A DNA stretch of 38,713 nucleotides, from NCBI GenBank assembly GCA_964531065.1, contig CAZHFP010000004.1, forward strand, positions 1 to 38,713, written 5' to 3'. Under the pieces are notes generated by a model. It did not search any database. It had not been told where the DNA came from and worked only from the letters and a program-made list of their open reading frames with translations. Origin of the DNA: an uncultured bacterium. Lineage in GTDB: Bacteria; Oederibacteriota; Muellerivitia; Muellerivitales; Muellerivitaceae. Position 1 is the stretch's first letter. Each line of letters opens with the position of its first letter. Made by a program: the position numbers and the translations under genes. Positions 8,762-16,167 of this stretch are shown here, piece by piece.

Positions 8762-8838
8762 GGACGTTTAGCTCAGCTGGTTAGAGCGTCGCGTTCACAT
8801 CGCGAAGGTCACTGGTTCAAGTCCAGTAACGTCCACCA
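8762..8838 (+). tRNA. tRNA-Val, anticodon CAC, with encoded CCA
   Basis: I folded a complete cloverleaf by hand. Acceptor stem GGACGTT/AACGTCC; D arm GCTC-AGCTGGTTA-GAGC; anticodon arm TCGCG-TTCACAT-CGCGA; variable loop AGGTC; T arm ACTGG-TTCAAGT-CCAGT; discriminator A followed by CCA. Confidence 0.95.
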
Positions 8839-8872
8839 TTTAAAACCCCCAAACCTTTGCTATAATTTTCCC

Positions 8873-9562
8873 ATGTGCTCTCGATTTGTCCTTAAAAGCC
8901 CCCCGAAGGCTATCGCCGACCTATTTCACTTGGAGAAGGCCGTCGATTGGAAGCCCCGCTACAACGTGGCGCCCTCCCAGAAAATCCCCGCCGTGCTTCG
9001 AACCCTTGAGAACAAGAAACGCCGGATTAAACTTTTACAATGGGGATTCGTGGCTTCCTGGACCCAGGGAGGGCGTTTGATCGTGAATGTCCGCAGCGAG
9101 GAGATTGGTGAAAAACCCCTCTTTCAGGAGTCCTTCGAAAAATGGCGCTGCCTGATACCGGTGGACGGTTTCTACGAATGGCGTCATGAGGCGAAAGAAA
9201 CCAGGCCTTACTTCATCCAAATGAAGAACCGGCAGCCTTTCGCTTTGGCGGGGATTTGGGCTTCCCAAAAAGTGGAAGGGGAAACAATTGAATCCTGCGG
9301 CCTATTAACCACCACTCCCAACGACGTAATCCGGGCGGTGCATGACCGGATGCCGGTGATTGTGGATCCGAAGGATTATGGGACTTGGCTGGATTCGGAG
9401 GACATCCGAGATTTCAAGGCGCTCCATAAACTTTTCAATCCCTATCCCGCTGAAAAGATGGAGGCCTACCAGGTGGGGGCTTGGGTCAACAACGTCTCTC
9501 ATGACGACGAACAATGCGTTGAAGCTTCCCACGAACCTGAAACCCTATCCTTTAATTTTTAA
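8873..9562 (+). CDS. SOS-response-associated peptidase (SRAP/YedK family, abasic-site DNA-protein crosslinking)
   Basis: It begins MCSRFVLKS (catalytic Cys2), followed by YNVAPSQ and a PVDGFYEW-type core. The ORF-track extension at 8753-8872 is read-through of the tRNA gene. Confidence 0.8.
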   Translation: MCSRFVLKSPPKAIADLFHLEKAVDWKPRYNVAPSQKIPAVLRTLENKKRRIKLLQWGFVASWTQGGRLIVNVRSEEIGEKPLFQESFEKWRCLIPVDGFYEWRHEAKETRPYFIQMKNRQPFALAGIWASQKVEGETIESCGLLTTTPNDVIRAVHDRMPVIVDPKDYGTWLDSEDIRDFKALHKLFNPYPAEKMEAYQVGAWVNNVSHDDEQCVEASHEPETLSFNF

Positions 9563-9565
9563 CGG

Positions 9566-10030
9566 TTATTTTCCGCCCCGGTAGACCGCGAAACTGGTGG
9601 GTGTTTCCCAGAGAGCGATCTCGATCAGGGATACCTTTTCCTTTTTCAAGGATGGCTCCAGAAGTTTCCACATCGCGCCGGTTAAATTTTCCACGGTGGT
9701 TTGTAATTGGGGGTTGCTTTTAAAAGGTTCCACCTCTTGATTGATAAACCGGTGGTCGAAGCGGTCGAATACGTTTTTTTTCAGGATTTCCTTTAGAATT
9801 TTAAAATCAATCACGAATCCCGTTTCGTGGCTCACCGGGCCGCGGACGGAAACCCTTAAGCGGTAGGAATGGCCATGGGGGAAGTGGGAGGCTTTCATGT
9901 CGTCTCCCCGGAACCCCGAACATTTTTTGAAGACCTGTAAATTCTTAACCCGGTCCCATTTCGGGTTGTGGAGATAATGGGCGGCCTCGAACGAAATTTC
10001 TTTGGTGACCTCAACAATGTTTTTTTTCAT
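9566..10030 (-). CDS. queD: 6-carboxytetrahydropterin synthase / 6-pyruvoyl-tetrahydropterin synthase family
   Basis: Contains SFEAAHYL, then a Cys followed by the HGH motif (CSGFRGDDMKASHFPHGHSYRL), and LWETPTS near the C-terminus. Confidence 0.8.
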   Translation of the reverse strand: MKKNIVEVTKEISFEAAHYLHNPKWDRVKNLQVFKKCSGFRGDDMKASHFPHGHSYRLRVSVRGPVSHETGFVIDFKILKEILKKNVFDRFDHRFINQEVEPFKSNPQLQTTVENLTGAMWKLLEPSLKKEKVSLIEIALWETPTSFAVYRGGK

Positions 10031-10039
10031 TTTTTTCCT

Positions 10040-10075
10040 GGCTGCCAGCTGTCGGCTATGAACTGTCAGCTGTCT
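10040..10075. repeat. AGCTG-core palindromic repeat, copy I (GGCTGCCAGCTGTCGGCTATGAACTGTCAGCTGTC)
   Basis: It fills the nadE-queD spacer and contains the nadE stop codon (TCA at 10066-10068). A 28-nt stretch matches copy IV (31884-31920) at 23 positions. GAACTGTCAGCTG is identical to 30458-30470. Confidence 0.6.
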
Positions 10076-11706
10076 CTAAATTTTTGGGCGATGGGGATCC
10101 GCCGTCCCATGCCGAAGGCTTTGGTGGTGACCTTCAGTCCCGGCGCCATCTGGCGGCGCTTGAACTCATTTTGGTTAATTTTTTTCAAAATGTCACGGAC
10201 CACGTGGGCATCGAATCCGGCCTTCTCAATTTTAGCCGGCGTCTGGTTTTCCTCGATATATAACCGAAGGATCGCGTCCAAGGTGTCATAGGGCGGCAAA
10301 CTGTCCTGGTCGGTTTGATTCGGGCGCAGTTCGGCCGAGGGTGGCTTAGTAAAGACGGCGTCCGGGATCAAATCCTTTTCACGGTTGGCGTGCCGGGCGA
10401 GCTTATACACTAAACCCTTGGGAACATCCGATATCACCGCCAATCCTCCGCACATGTCGCCGTAAAGGGTGCAATAGCCCACCGCTAGTTCGCTTTTGTT
10501 GCCGGTGGAAAGGACCAGCCGGTTGAATTTATTCGAGAGAGCCATCAGGAGCAGGCCCCGGAGCCGGGCTTGGATGTTTTCTTCGGTGGTGTCTTGGGGA
10601 GAATCCTTGAAAACAGGCGCCAGGGTTTTTAACGACTCCTCCAAAAGGGGCGTGAGGGGCACGTTCTTGAATTCGATCCCTAAATTTTCCGTGAGGGCTC
10701 TCGAATCCTCGATCGAACCCTTGGAAGAAAAAAGGGAGGGCATGGTGACTCCCATGACATTTTCAGGCCCTAAGGCTTCCGCCGCGATCGCGGCCACCAG
10801 TGCCGAATCAATTCCGCCGGAGAGGCCGATCAGCACCTGGGAAAAGCCGCATTTGCGCACATAGTCCCGGGTGCCGGTTACCAAAGCCTGGTAAATCTTA
10901 GCGGTTTCGCTTTCTGGCGTCGTCGTTGGCTTCAAGGACGGATTTTCCGTGTCAAAAATGAAAAAATCCTCCTCAAAACTTTTTCCCACTTGGAAAATAT
11001 TTCCCACCGCGTCCACGGCCATGCTGCAACCGTCAAAAATAAGCTCGTCATTGCCTCCGACCAAATTGCAATAAAGGACCGGAGCTTTGGTCCTGCGGGT
11101 GACATCCTTTAATAGGGTTTGGCGGACCGATAACTTGGAGGAGTGGAAGGGAGAGGCGGATAAGTTGAGAACTAGGTTTGGTTTTCCTTTGGCTAATTCC
11201 TCCACCGGGTCTTTGGCGTAAAGCCGGTGGGTGGGAACCCCCTCCGCGTTCCAAATATCCTCGCAAATCGTCACGGCGATTTTCAAATCTTTGTAGGTAA
11301 AGGGTGGTTCGGGATGGGGCGCGGGCGAGAAATAGCGGGCCTCGTCAAACACATCGTAATTGGGTAGGAGAACCTTCTTATAAGTATGAAGTACCTTTCC
11401 GTCCTTGACCGCCAGTGCGGCGTTAAAAAGGGGATTACCCTTTTCTGGATTTTCTAGAATCGTTCCCACGACCGCCAGGATTCCCTTGGCCGCTTGAGCC
11501 ACCTGGAGAACGGCCATTTGGGCCTTTTCGAAAAAGGTATAGCGGTCGAGCAGATCCCGGGGAGGATAGCCGGTTAAGGTCAGCTCGGGGAAAAGGGCTA
11601 GGTCGCAGCCGGCGTCCTTGGCTTTTTTTAAACAGGACGAAACTTTTTCGACGTTGCCGTCGAAATCGCCGATGGTGGTATTGATTTGGCAAACGGCGAT
11701 TTTCAT
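10066..11706 (-). CDS. nadE: Glutamine-dependent NAD+ synthetase (CN-hydrolase domain plus NAD synthetase domain)
   Basis: It has an N-terminal nitrilase-like domain (MKIAVCQINTTIGD...FPELTLTGYPP...ICEDIW) and a C-terminal PP-loop (GLSGGIDSALVAA). The likely start is the ATG at 11706, preceded by GGGGG. The ORF-track start at 11787 overlaps the neighbouring gene. Confidence 0.9.
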   Translation of the reverse strand: MKIAVCQINTTIGDFDGNVEKVSSCLKKAKDAGCDLALFPELTLTGYPPRDLLDRYTFFEKAQMAVLQVAQAAKGILAVVGTILENPEKGNPLFNAALAVKDGKVLHTYKKVLLPNYDVFDEARYFSPAPHPEPPFTYKDLKIAVTICEDIWNAEGVPTHRLYAKDPVEELAKGKPNLVLNLSASPFHSSKLSVRQTLLKDVTRRTKAPVLYCNLVGGNDELIFDGCSMAVDAVGNIFQVGKSFEEDFFIFDTENPSLKPTTTPESETAKIYQALVTGTRDYVRKCGFSQVLIGLSGGIDSALVAAIAAEALGPENVMGVTMPSLFSSKGSIEDSRALTENLGIEFKNVPLTPLLEESLKTLAPVFKDSPQDTTEENIQARLRGLLLMALSNKFNRLVLSTGNKSELAVGYCTLYGDMCGGLAVISDVPKGLVYKLARHANREKDLIPDAVFTKPPSAELRPNQTDQDSLPPYDTLDAILRLYIEENQTPAKIEKAGFDAHVVRDILKKINQNEFKRRQMAPGLKVTTKAFGMGRRIPIAQKFRDS

Positions 11707-11801
11707 GAAACCCCCGGCGGTCAGATGACTTAAGTCAGCTTGTGGTAGCGTGGGCCATAGTGTAAGGTGAACGAACCTTGAAGTCAAAAAAGGAGAGAGC
11801 G

Positions 11802-12314
11802 TTGGTTTTCGGCGTGTTGGCGGATACCCAAACGGTCTTGTCGCCGATGGAATTACTCGCCCTCAAGAAGGTTTTCAAGGGTGTGGACGCTATTCTTCAC
11901 GCGGGCCCGGTGGGGGACATGAGGGTGCTGGATCAATTGGGGAAATTGGCGCCGACGAAAGCGGTATGCGGCAACGCCGAGGATTCCTATGTTCGATCGG
12001 ATCTTTACGTCCGGCAATCCTGGCGGGCGGGGCCGGTGACCTTGGGGCTCATTCACGGATACGGCAAACCCCATGGGTTAAAAAAATGGATTTTAAAACA
12101 GTTTGAGGAAGCGCCGGTGCAGGTATTGGTCTATGGCCGGGATTTCGAACCTACGGCCCGGCACATCGGCGGCCACTATTTTTTTAACCCAGGCTCATTC
12201 CTGGGAAACCAGCCGGAAGGGCTCCACGCTAAAAGGGGACCCCGACGCGCGGGATTATTGTTTATTCACGGGAAAAAAGTGGATGGGCAGGCGGGGATTA
12301 TCCTGAACCCTTGA
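11802..12314 (+). CDS. YfcE/MJ0936-like metallophosphoesterase-fold protein with a divergent first metal motif
   Basis: The motif order is LADTQ, HAGPVGD, CGNAED, LIHGYG, NPGS, which resembles the calcineurin-like fold, but the first DxH reads DTQ. An AGGAGA box lies 5 nt before the in-frame TTG at 11802. The ORF-track start is TTG 11778. Confidence 0.5.
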   Translation: MVFGVLADTQTVLSPMELLALKKVFKGVDAILHAGPVGDMRVLDQLGKLAPTKAVCGNAEDSYVRSDLYVRQSWRAGPVTLGLIHGYGKPHGLKKWILKQFEEAPVQVLVYGRDFEPTARHIGGHYFFNPGSFLGNQPEGLHAKRGPRRAGLLFIHGKKVDGQAGIILNP

Positions 12315-12365
12315 CGATGTTCAGCGGTTTTGAATAAAATTTTATAACTCCTCACTGGAATTCTA

Positions 12366-13070
12366 ATGAACTGGCGCCTCATCCCTTCCTCTTTTATCCC
12401 TCAAAACGGCCAAATGGCTTATGACGAGGAATGTTACCAGGGATTTGAAGAGGGGCATTCCCCCCTGCTTCGTTTTTTTTCCTTCTCCAGCCCCACCCTC
12501 ACCCTTGGGCGTTTGGAAGCCCGCCGAATCAAACTCGATCAACTTCCCTATCCTTATGAAATCCGGCCGACGGGCGGTAGGGCCGTGATTCATGGAATGA
12601 ATGACCTTTGTTATTCCATCGTAGCGTCCCAAAAGGACCCGCGGGTAGGAGGGGATCTAATTACCAGCTACCAAAAAATAAGCCGTCTATTAGCCCAGGG
12701 CCTTGCCTCGCTGGGACGGGAGGTCACGCTCACCCAGGCTAAACACTTGGGGCTGGGGGACCCCCATTGTTTTTCCGCCCCGTCCCTGGCCGAATTAACT
12801 TTTCAGGGAAAAAAAGTTGCGGGGGGAGCCCAGGCCCGGCGGGGGGATATTTTTCTCCAACAGGGAGTCCTGCTTTTATCCGTGGCCGAGGAATGGAAAA
12901 AAGCTTTTCCCGGCGCCGGATTGGACAATATGAGGGGGCTCAATGACGAAAATTCCCTTCCGGCTGTCACCGGCGAGCAGTTGGAAAAAAAGCTGACGGA
13001 AGCCTTTGAATCAAACGGGGTTCATTTTGAAAAGGTCTTGACCCCGGCTCTTCCATCATTGAAGCTATAA
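12366..13070 (+). CDS. Lipoate-protein ligase/octanoyltransferase family protein (LipM-like; catalytic BPL/LPL domain only)
   Basis: Contains RPTGGRAVIHG and FQGKKVAGGAQARR (conserved Lys). At 234 aa it has no LplA accessory domain. It is adjacent to lpd. Confidence 0.65.
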   Translation: MNWRLIPSSFIPQNGQMAYDEECYQGFEEGHSPLLRFFSFSSPTLTLGRLEARRIKLDQLPYPYEIRPTGGRAVIHGMNDLCYSIVASQKDPRVGGDLITSYQKISRLLAQGLASLGREVTLTQAKHLGLGDPHCFSAPSLAELTFQGKKVAGGAQARRGDIFLQQGVLLLSVAEEWKKAFPGAGLDNMRGLNDENSLPAVTGEQLEKKLTEAFESNGVHFEKVLTPALPSLKL

Positions 13071-13103
13071 CCCATTTCATCCTGTTCGAAAGGTTTTTTG
13101 TTT

Positions 13104-14393
13104 ATGAAGAACTTCGACGTTCTGATTGTGGGCGGAGGGCCGGGCGGCTACCGCTCCGCCCAACTCCTGGCCCAACAGGGAAAAAAAGTCGCGCTCTTTG
13201 AGAAGAAAAAACTGGGCGGCTCCTGTCTTCACGTGGGATGTATTCCCACCAAACTCCTCCAGTCGGCCGCCGTCCGTTTTCACGCCCTGGTGAAGGAAGG
13301 CAAAGCCTGGGGCATCGAGGCGGAAAATGTCCGGCTGAACTTTCAAACCCTGGTGGACCGCACTCAAAAAACACTTTCCATTTTAGAGAGAGGCATCCAA
13401 TCCACGCTCGTAGGCGCCAAAGTGGAAGTGATTCAGGGCGAGGCGGAAGTCACGGGGCCTGGCTTGATCAAATGCGCGGGTGAAGAGTATCAAGGCGCGA
13501 GCCTTATTCTGGCCGTGGGTTCCAGGCCCAAGACGATCCCGCCATTTCCTTTAGGCGGATCCACTGTGACCAGTGATGAATTATTGTCCCAACCGCGCTT
13601 GCCCAAATCTCTGCTCATTGTGGGAGCCGGCGTTATCGGGTTGGAGTTCGCTTGCCTTTACGCCCAACTAGGCGTCCGGGTTCGGATGGGGGATTTGCTT
13701 CCTAAAATTCTTCCGAACATGGACGAGGAATTGGGCCAGGTTCTTTTAAATGCCGTGCGCAAGCTGGGAGTGGAAGTGGAACTGGGGGTTCCTGAGATTA
13801 AAATAAAGGATGAGGAGATGGTGTTGGTGGCCGTGGGCCGGACGCCCAACTCCGACCGGGCCGGCATTCCTTCTCTGGGGTTGAAAACCCAAGCGGGAAA
13901 AATTGAAACCAACGAATTTTTGGAAACTTCCGTGAAAAAAGTTTACGCCCTCGGCGATTTGACCGGCAAGTACCCTTACGCGCATACGGCTTACGAACAT
14001 GCCCGTGTCGCGGCGGACCATCTCCAAAGGGGGGCTTTGGCTGACAAAATGGATGACGCTAAGGTTCCCCACGTGATTTTCACCTCGCCGGAAATCGCCG
14101 CGGTGGGATTGACCGAGGCTGAGGCCAAGCTTCAGTTTAAAAACGTGATGGTTCATAAAAATAATTTCGCGGCCAACAGCAAGGCGCGCATCCTGGGGGA
14201 AATCCAGGGCTGGGCGAAGATGGTGGTAGACGGAGATTCGGGAAAGATATTAGGAGTCCATCTGGCCGGGCCGGAAGCCACCAATCTTATCGGCGAGGCC
14301 TGTGTATTGGTCTCCCAAAGGCTCACGGTTGAAAAACTCGGGAAAGTGATTCATCCCCATCCTACTTTGACAGAGATTTTCGAAGTTCATTAA
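13104..14393 (+). CDS. lpd: Dihydrolipoyl dehydrogenase (E3 / L-protein), a short form
   Basis: Contains DVLIVGGGPGGY (FAD-binding), the redox disulfide GGSCLHVGCIPTK, a second GAGVIGLEF dinucleotide fold, and the C-terminal HPHPTLTE His-Glu dyad. The likely start is the ATG at 13104; the ORF-track start is TTG 13098. Confidence 0.85.
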   Translation: MKNFDVLIVGGGPGGYRSAQLLAQQGKKVALFEKKKLGGSCLHVGCIPTKLLQSAAVRFHALVKEGKAWGIEAENVRLNFQTLVDRTQKTLSILERGIQSTLVGAKVEVIQGEAEVTGPGLIKCAGEEYQGASLILAVGSRPKTIPPFPLGGSTVTSDELLSQPRLPKSLLIVGAGVIGLEFACLYAQLGVRVRMGDLLPKILPNMDEELGQVLLNAVRKLGVEVELGVPEIKIKDEEMVLVAVGRTPNSDRAGIPSLGLKTQAGKIETNEFLETSVKKVYALGDLTGKYPYAHTAYEHARVAADHLQRGALADKMDDAKVPHVIFTSPEIAAVGLTEAEAKLQFKNVMVHKNNFAANSKARILGEIQGWAKMVVDGDSGKILGVHLAGPEATNLIGEACVLVSQRLTVEKLGKVIHPHPTLTEIFEVH

Positions 14394-14490
14394 AGGGATG
14401 GGATGGAGGGGAGTGGGGGCGATAGCCCCCACCGATGTGCGACGGGGTACGCAGGGGGAATTTCCCCTGCGAGCGGAGCCATCCCCATCC
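14394..14490. repeat. GC-rich multi-hairpin REP-like element directly after the lpd stop
   Basis: The outer arms GGATGGGATGG (14396-14406) and CCATCCCCATCC (14479-14490) can pair. Inside them are two hairpins: GTGGGGGC-GATA-GCCCCCAC (14413-14432) and GCAGGGG-GAATTT-CCCCTGC (14451-14470). The proximal arm is also complementary to the lpd coding sequence CATCCCCATCC (14352-14362). Confidence 0.7.
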
Positions 14491-14521
14491 AACGCTGACG
14501 GAAATATTTGAAATCCATTGA
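14480..14521 (+). pseudogene. Orphan second copy of the lpd 3' end (encodes HPHPTLTEIFEIH-stop)
   Basis: CAT CCC CAT CCA ACG CTG ACG GAA ATA TTT GAA ATC CAT TGA translates to HPHPTLTEIFEIH*. The genuine lpd C-terminus at 14352-14393 is HPHPTLTEIFEVH*. The two copies are 128 nt apart and out of frame with each other, and the downstream copy has no upstream coding continuation. Confidence 0.7.
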
Positions 14522-14596
14522 AAAAGGCCGTTAAATAGCCCTCAAGAAACAGGGGAATGATCCGTTAGGTCTTGGGACGAAAACTCAAGGGGTGTC

Positions 14597-14959
14597 ATGA
14601 AAGCCTTCATTCAATCTATTCTCATTCTCAGCCTTTTATTCATTGTGGGCGCGGCGCAAGCCCGTCCACTTGAAGTCATTTATAACGATAAGGTTACGAC
14701 CAAATTCAATTGGAAGTGGCCCTATCAAACCCGCCAGACCAAAACCTATGTCCAAACCAAGCCTTATTTTTATACCGGCCGGGTGATCAACGTCGCCAAT
14801 GAAAATGTTTCCAAGTACCGTTTTTACTACACCCAGAGAACCTGCATGAACAAGTGGGGTTATTTTTTCCGTCCTAACGACAAGCTTTGTTCTAAGCAGG
14901 CCCTAACCTTCGCCCCTCCCCAGAGTATTAACGAAGTTCACATCGTTCCGAAGTACTAA
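14597..14959 (+). CDS. Small secreted hypothetical protein (120 aa)
   Basis: It has a signal peptide (MKAFIQSILILSLLFIVGAAQA). The mature part is rich in Tyr, Lys and Asn. I recognise no family. Confidence 0.5.
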   Translation: MKAFIQSILILSLLFIVGAAQARPLEVIYNDKVTTKFNWKWPYQTRQTKTYVQTKPYFYTGRVINVANENVSKYRFYYTQRTCMNKWGYFFRPNDKLCSKQALTFAPPQSINEVHIVPKY

Positions 14960-15174
14960 GCTAAATCTCCCCAAAAGCTGGTCTTTTTCGGTTGTTTCTA
15001 CAATTTTGTCCCGCTGTTTTATTGTTTCTCATACCGAGAATTTCCACTCGTTCCCAAGGAAAGCCCCTTCCCCAAGGTTTATTGAAGCTCTTTACCTTTT
15101 CGGGCCCCTTGAGTCCATTGGTACAACTATTGCTTTATTACCCGGTAATTCAAGTCCACCGCCGGGCGGCCACC

Positions 15175-15672
15175 ATGTTTCGAAAGTTTAAGTTTGAGGA
15201 AGGGATTTACGAAAAGCTCCCCTCCGTTCCCCTATCGACTCAATATAAATTAGACCGGATAGGAGCGGCTCTACCCTTAAAATACTGGAACCGTTTTTCA
15301 GCCGAAGAGAAAAACGTTCTTTGCCATCTTTCCGTCCGCAGCCAGGGCGAAATGGAATGCTATAACGAGTATCTCGGCTACCTCCTCCGCGGACTCAAAG
15401 AAAAATTAGAAAAACAAGATCCTCAGGCTTCTCAGATGGAAAAAAGCCAGTGGGAAAACCTGGCCCGGGTCCCCGAAGGGGTTTACTTGAGGGCTTTACG
15501 GTTGAAGGCCCTGGTCACTCCCGCGGATTGGATCCAACTGGATGATCTGGAACGCTACGCCTTGGTTAAGCTTTCCACCGAAAAGTACTCCCTGGAGCAT
15601 TTCGCTAAAGCTTTGGAAGAGTTTTTCGGCCCCGCGATTCTAAAACCCGCGAAAATCGCTGGGGTTTCGTAA
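15175..15672 (+). CDS. Nitrate-reductase-associated-protein-like protein (TIGR02664-like), internally duplicated
   Basis: The ATG at 15175 gives MFRKFKFEEGIYEKLPSVPLSTQYKLDRIGAALPLKYWNRFSAEEKNVLCHL, which fits my recollection of that family's N-terminal pattern. A second similar unit follows (RVPEGVYLRALRLKALVTPADWIQLDDLERYALVKL). The ORF-track extension at 14992-15174 looks non-coding. Confidence 0.45.
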   Translation: MFRKFKFEEGIYEKLPSVPLSTQYKLDRIGAALPLKYWNRFSAEEKNVLCHLSVRSQGEMECYNEYLGYLLRGLKEKLEKQDPQASQMEKSQWENLARVPEGVYLRALRLKALVTPADWIQLDDLERYALVKLSTEKYSLEHFAKALEEFFGPAILKPAKIAGVS

Positions 15673-15791
15673 ACAGCGGTTTTTACGAAGCGGGCGAGAA
15701 CCTGTAACAAGCGCTTAACCTTCCCCTGCGATCATTGTTCCCAACGACGCCTCCTCTACGCTCAAAATAAACCAAGCTCCAGGAGGATTTC

Positions 15792-15980
15792 ATGTTGAAA
15801 CTCGATCCTTTCTCCGAAAGTATTTTGTTTCAATGCGACCGATGCCAAAGAATCGGCGAGTTGTGCGCCGATATGGCGGAAGAAGAGGGGGAAATATTTT
15901 GTTGGAATTGCCTCAGGGAAATAAACCAAAAAGAACGCCAGGAAGCCGTCTTGAGGGTGAAAAAATATGCGGTTAAATGA
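15792..15980 (+). CDS. Zn-ribbon miniprotein (62 aa), tandem paralog 1
   Basis: AGGAGGA lies 5 nt upstream of the ATG. The motif is FQCDRC-x17-FCWNC (CxxC...CxxC). Confidence 0.5.
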   Translation: MLKLDPFSESILFQCDRCQRIGELCADMAEEEGEIFCWNCLREINQKERQEAVLRVKKYAVK

Positions 15981-16149
15981 AAGAAACCCCGGGTTTGAGG
16001 AAGATTTTTTTGAATGCGACCGTTGCCGGGTTCAAGGCGAAAGAAAAACCTTTGTCCTTGAGGAAAACGGCTTGGATTTTTGCCTATCCTGCTGGCTCGA
16101 GAAAGAACACAACCGTCTGACCAGCCGGCCCGTATACGCGGGATTTTAA
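15967..16149 (+). CDS. Zn-ribbon miniprotein (60 aa), tandem paralog 2
   Basis: It overlaps paralog 1 by 14 nt. The motif FECDRC-x17-FCLSC has the same spacing as in paralog 1. Confidence 0.45.
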   Translation: MRLNERNPGFEEDFFECDRCRVQGERKTFVLEENGLDFCLSCWLEKEHNRLTSRPVYAGF

Positions 16150-16167
16150 CCGAGGGGCAAGATTTTA

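Noticed and set aside
8753-8872. N-terminal 40 aa of the 269-aa ORF-track protein
   Set aside because: This stretch is the tRNA-Val gene read as protein. The real SRAP CDS starts at MCSRF (8873), as required for the catalytic Cys2.
10031-10065. Possible preQ1 riboswitch upstream of queD
   Set aside because: The 35-nt spacer is occupied by the AGCTG-core repeat. It does not show the preQ1-I hairpin followed by an A-rich tail; CTGGC-A-GCCAG cannot form a loop.
11802-12314. Treating the divergent DTQ first motif of the metallophosphoesterase as evidence of a pseudoenzyme
   Set aside because: A single-motif deviation judged by eye is insufficient. The other motifs (GD, GNxE, H, GH-like) are present. 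It needs an alignment before any claim can be made.
14435-14521. 28-aa miniORF MCDGVRRGNFPCERSHPHPTLTEIFEIH
   Set aside because: Its upstream part is read out of GC-rich hairpin arms and has no ribosome-binding site. The coding-like tail is better explained as a relic of the lpd 3' end.
14992-15174. 61-aa N-terminal extension of the 226-aa ORF
   Set aside because: The stretch is Leu/Pro-rich and low in complexity, with a non-ATG start. The family-like sequence begins at the internal ATG at 15175.
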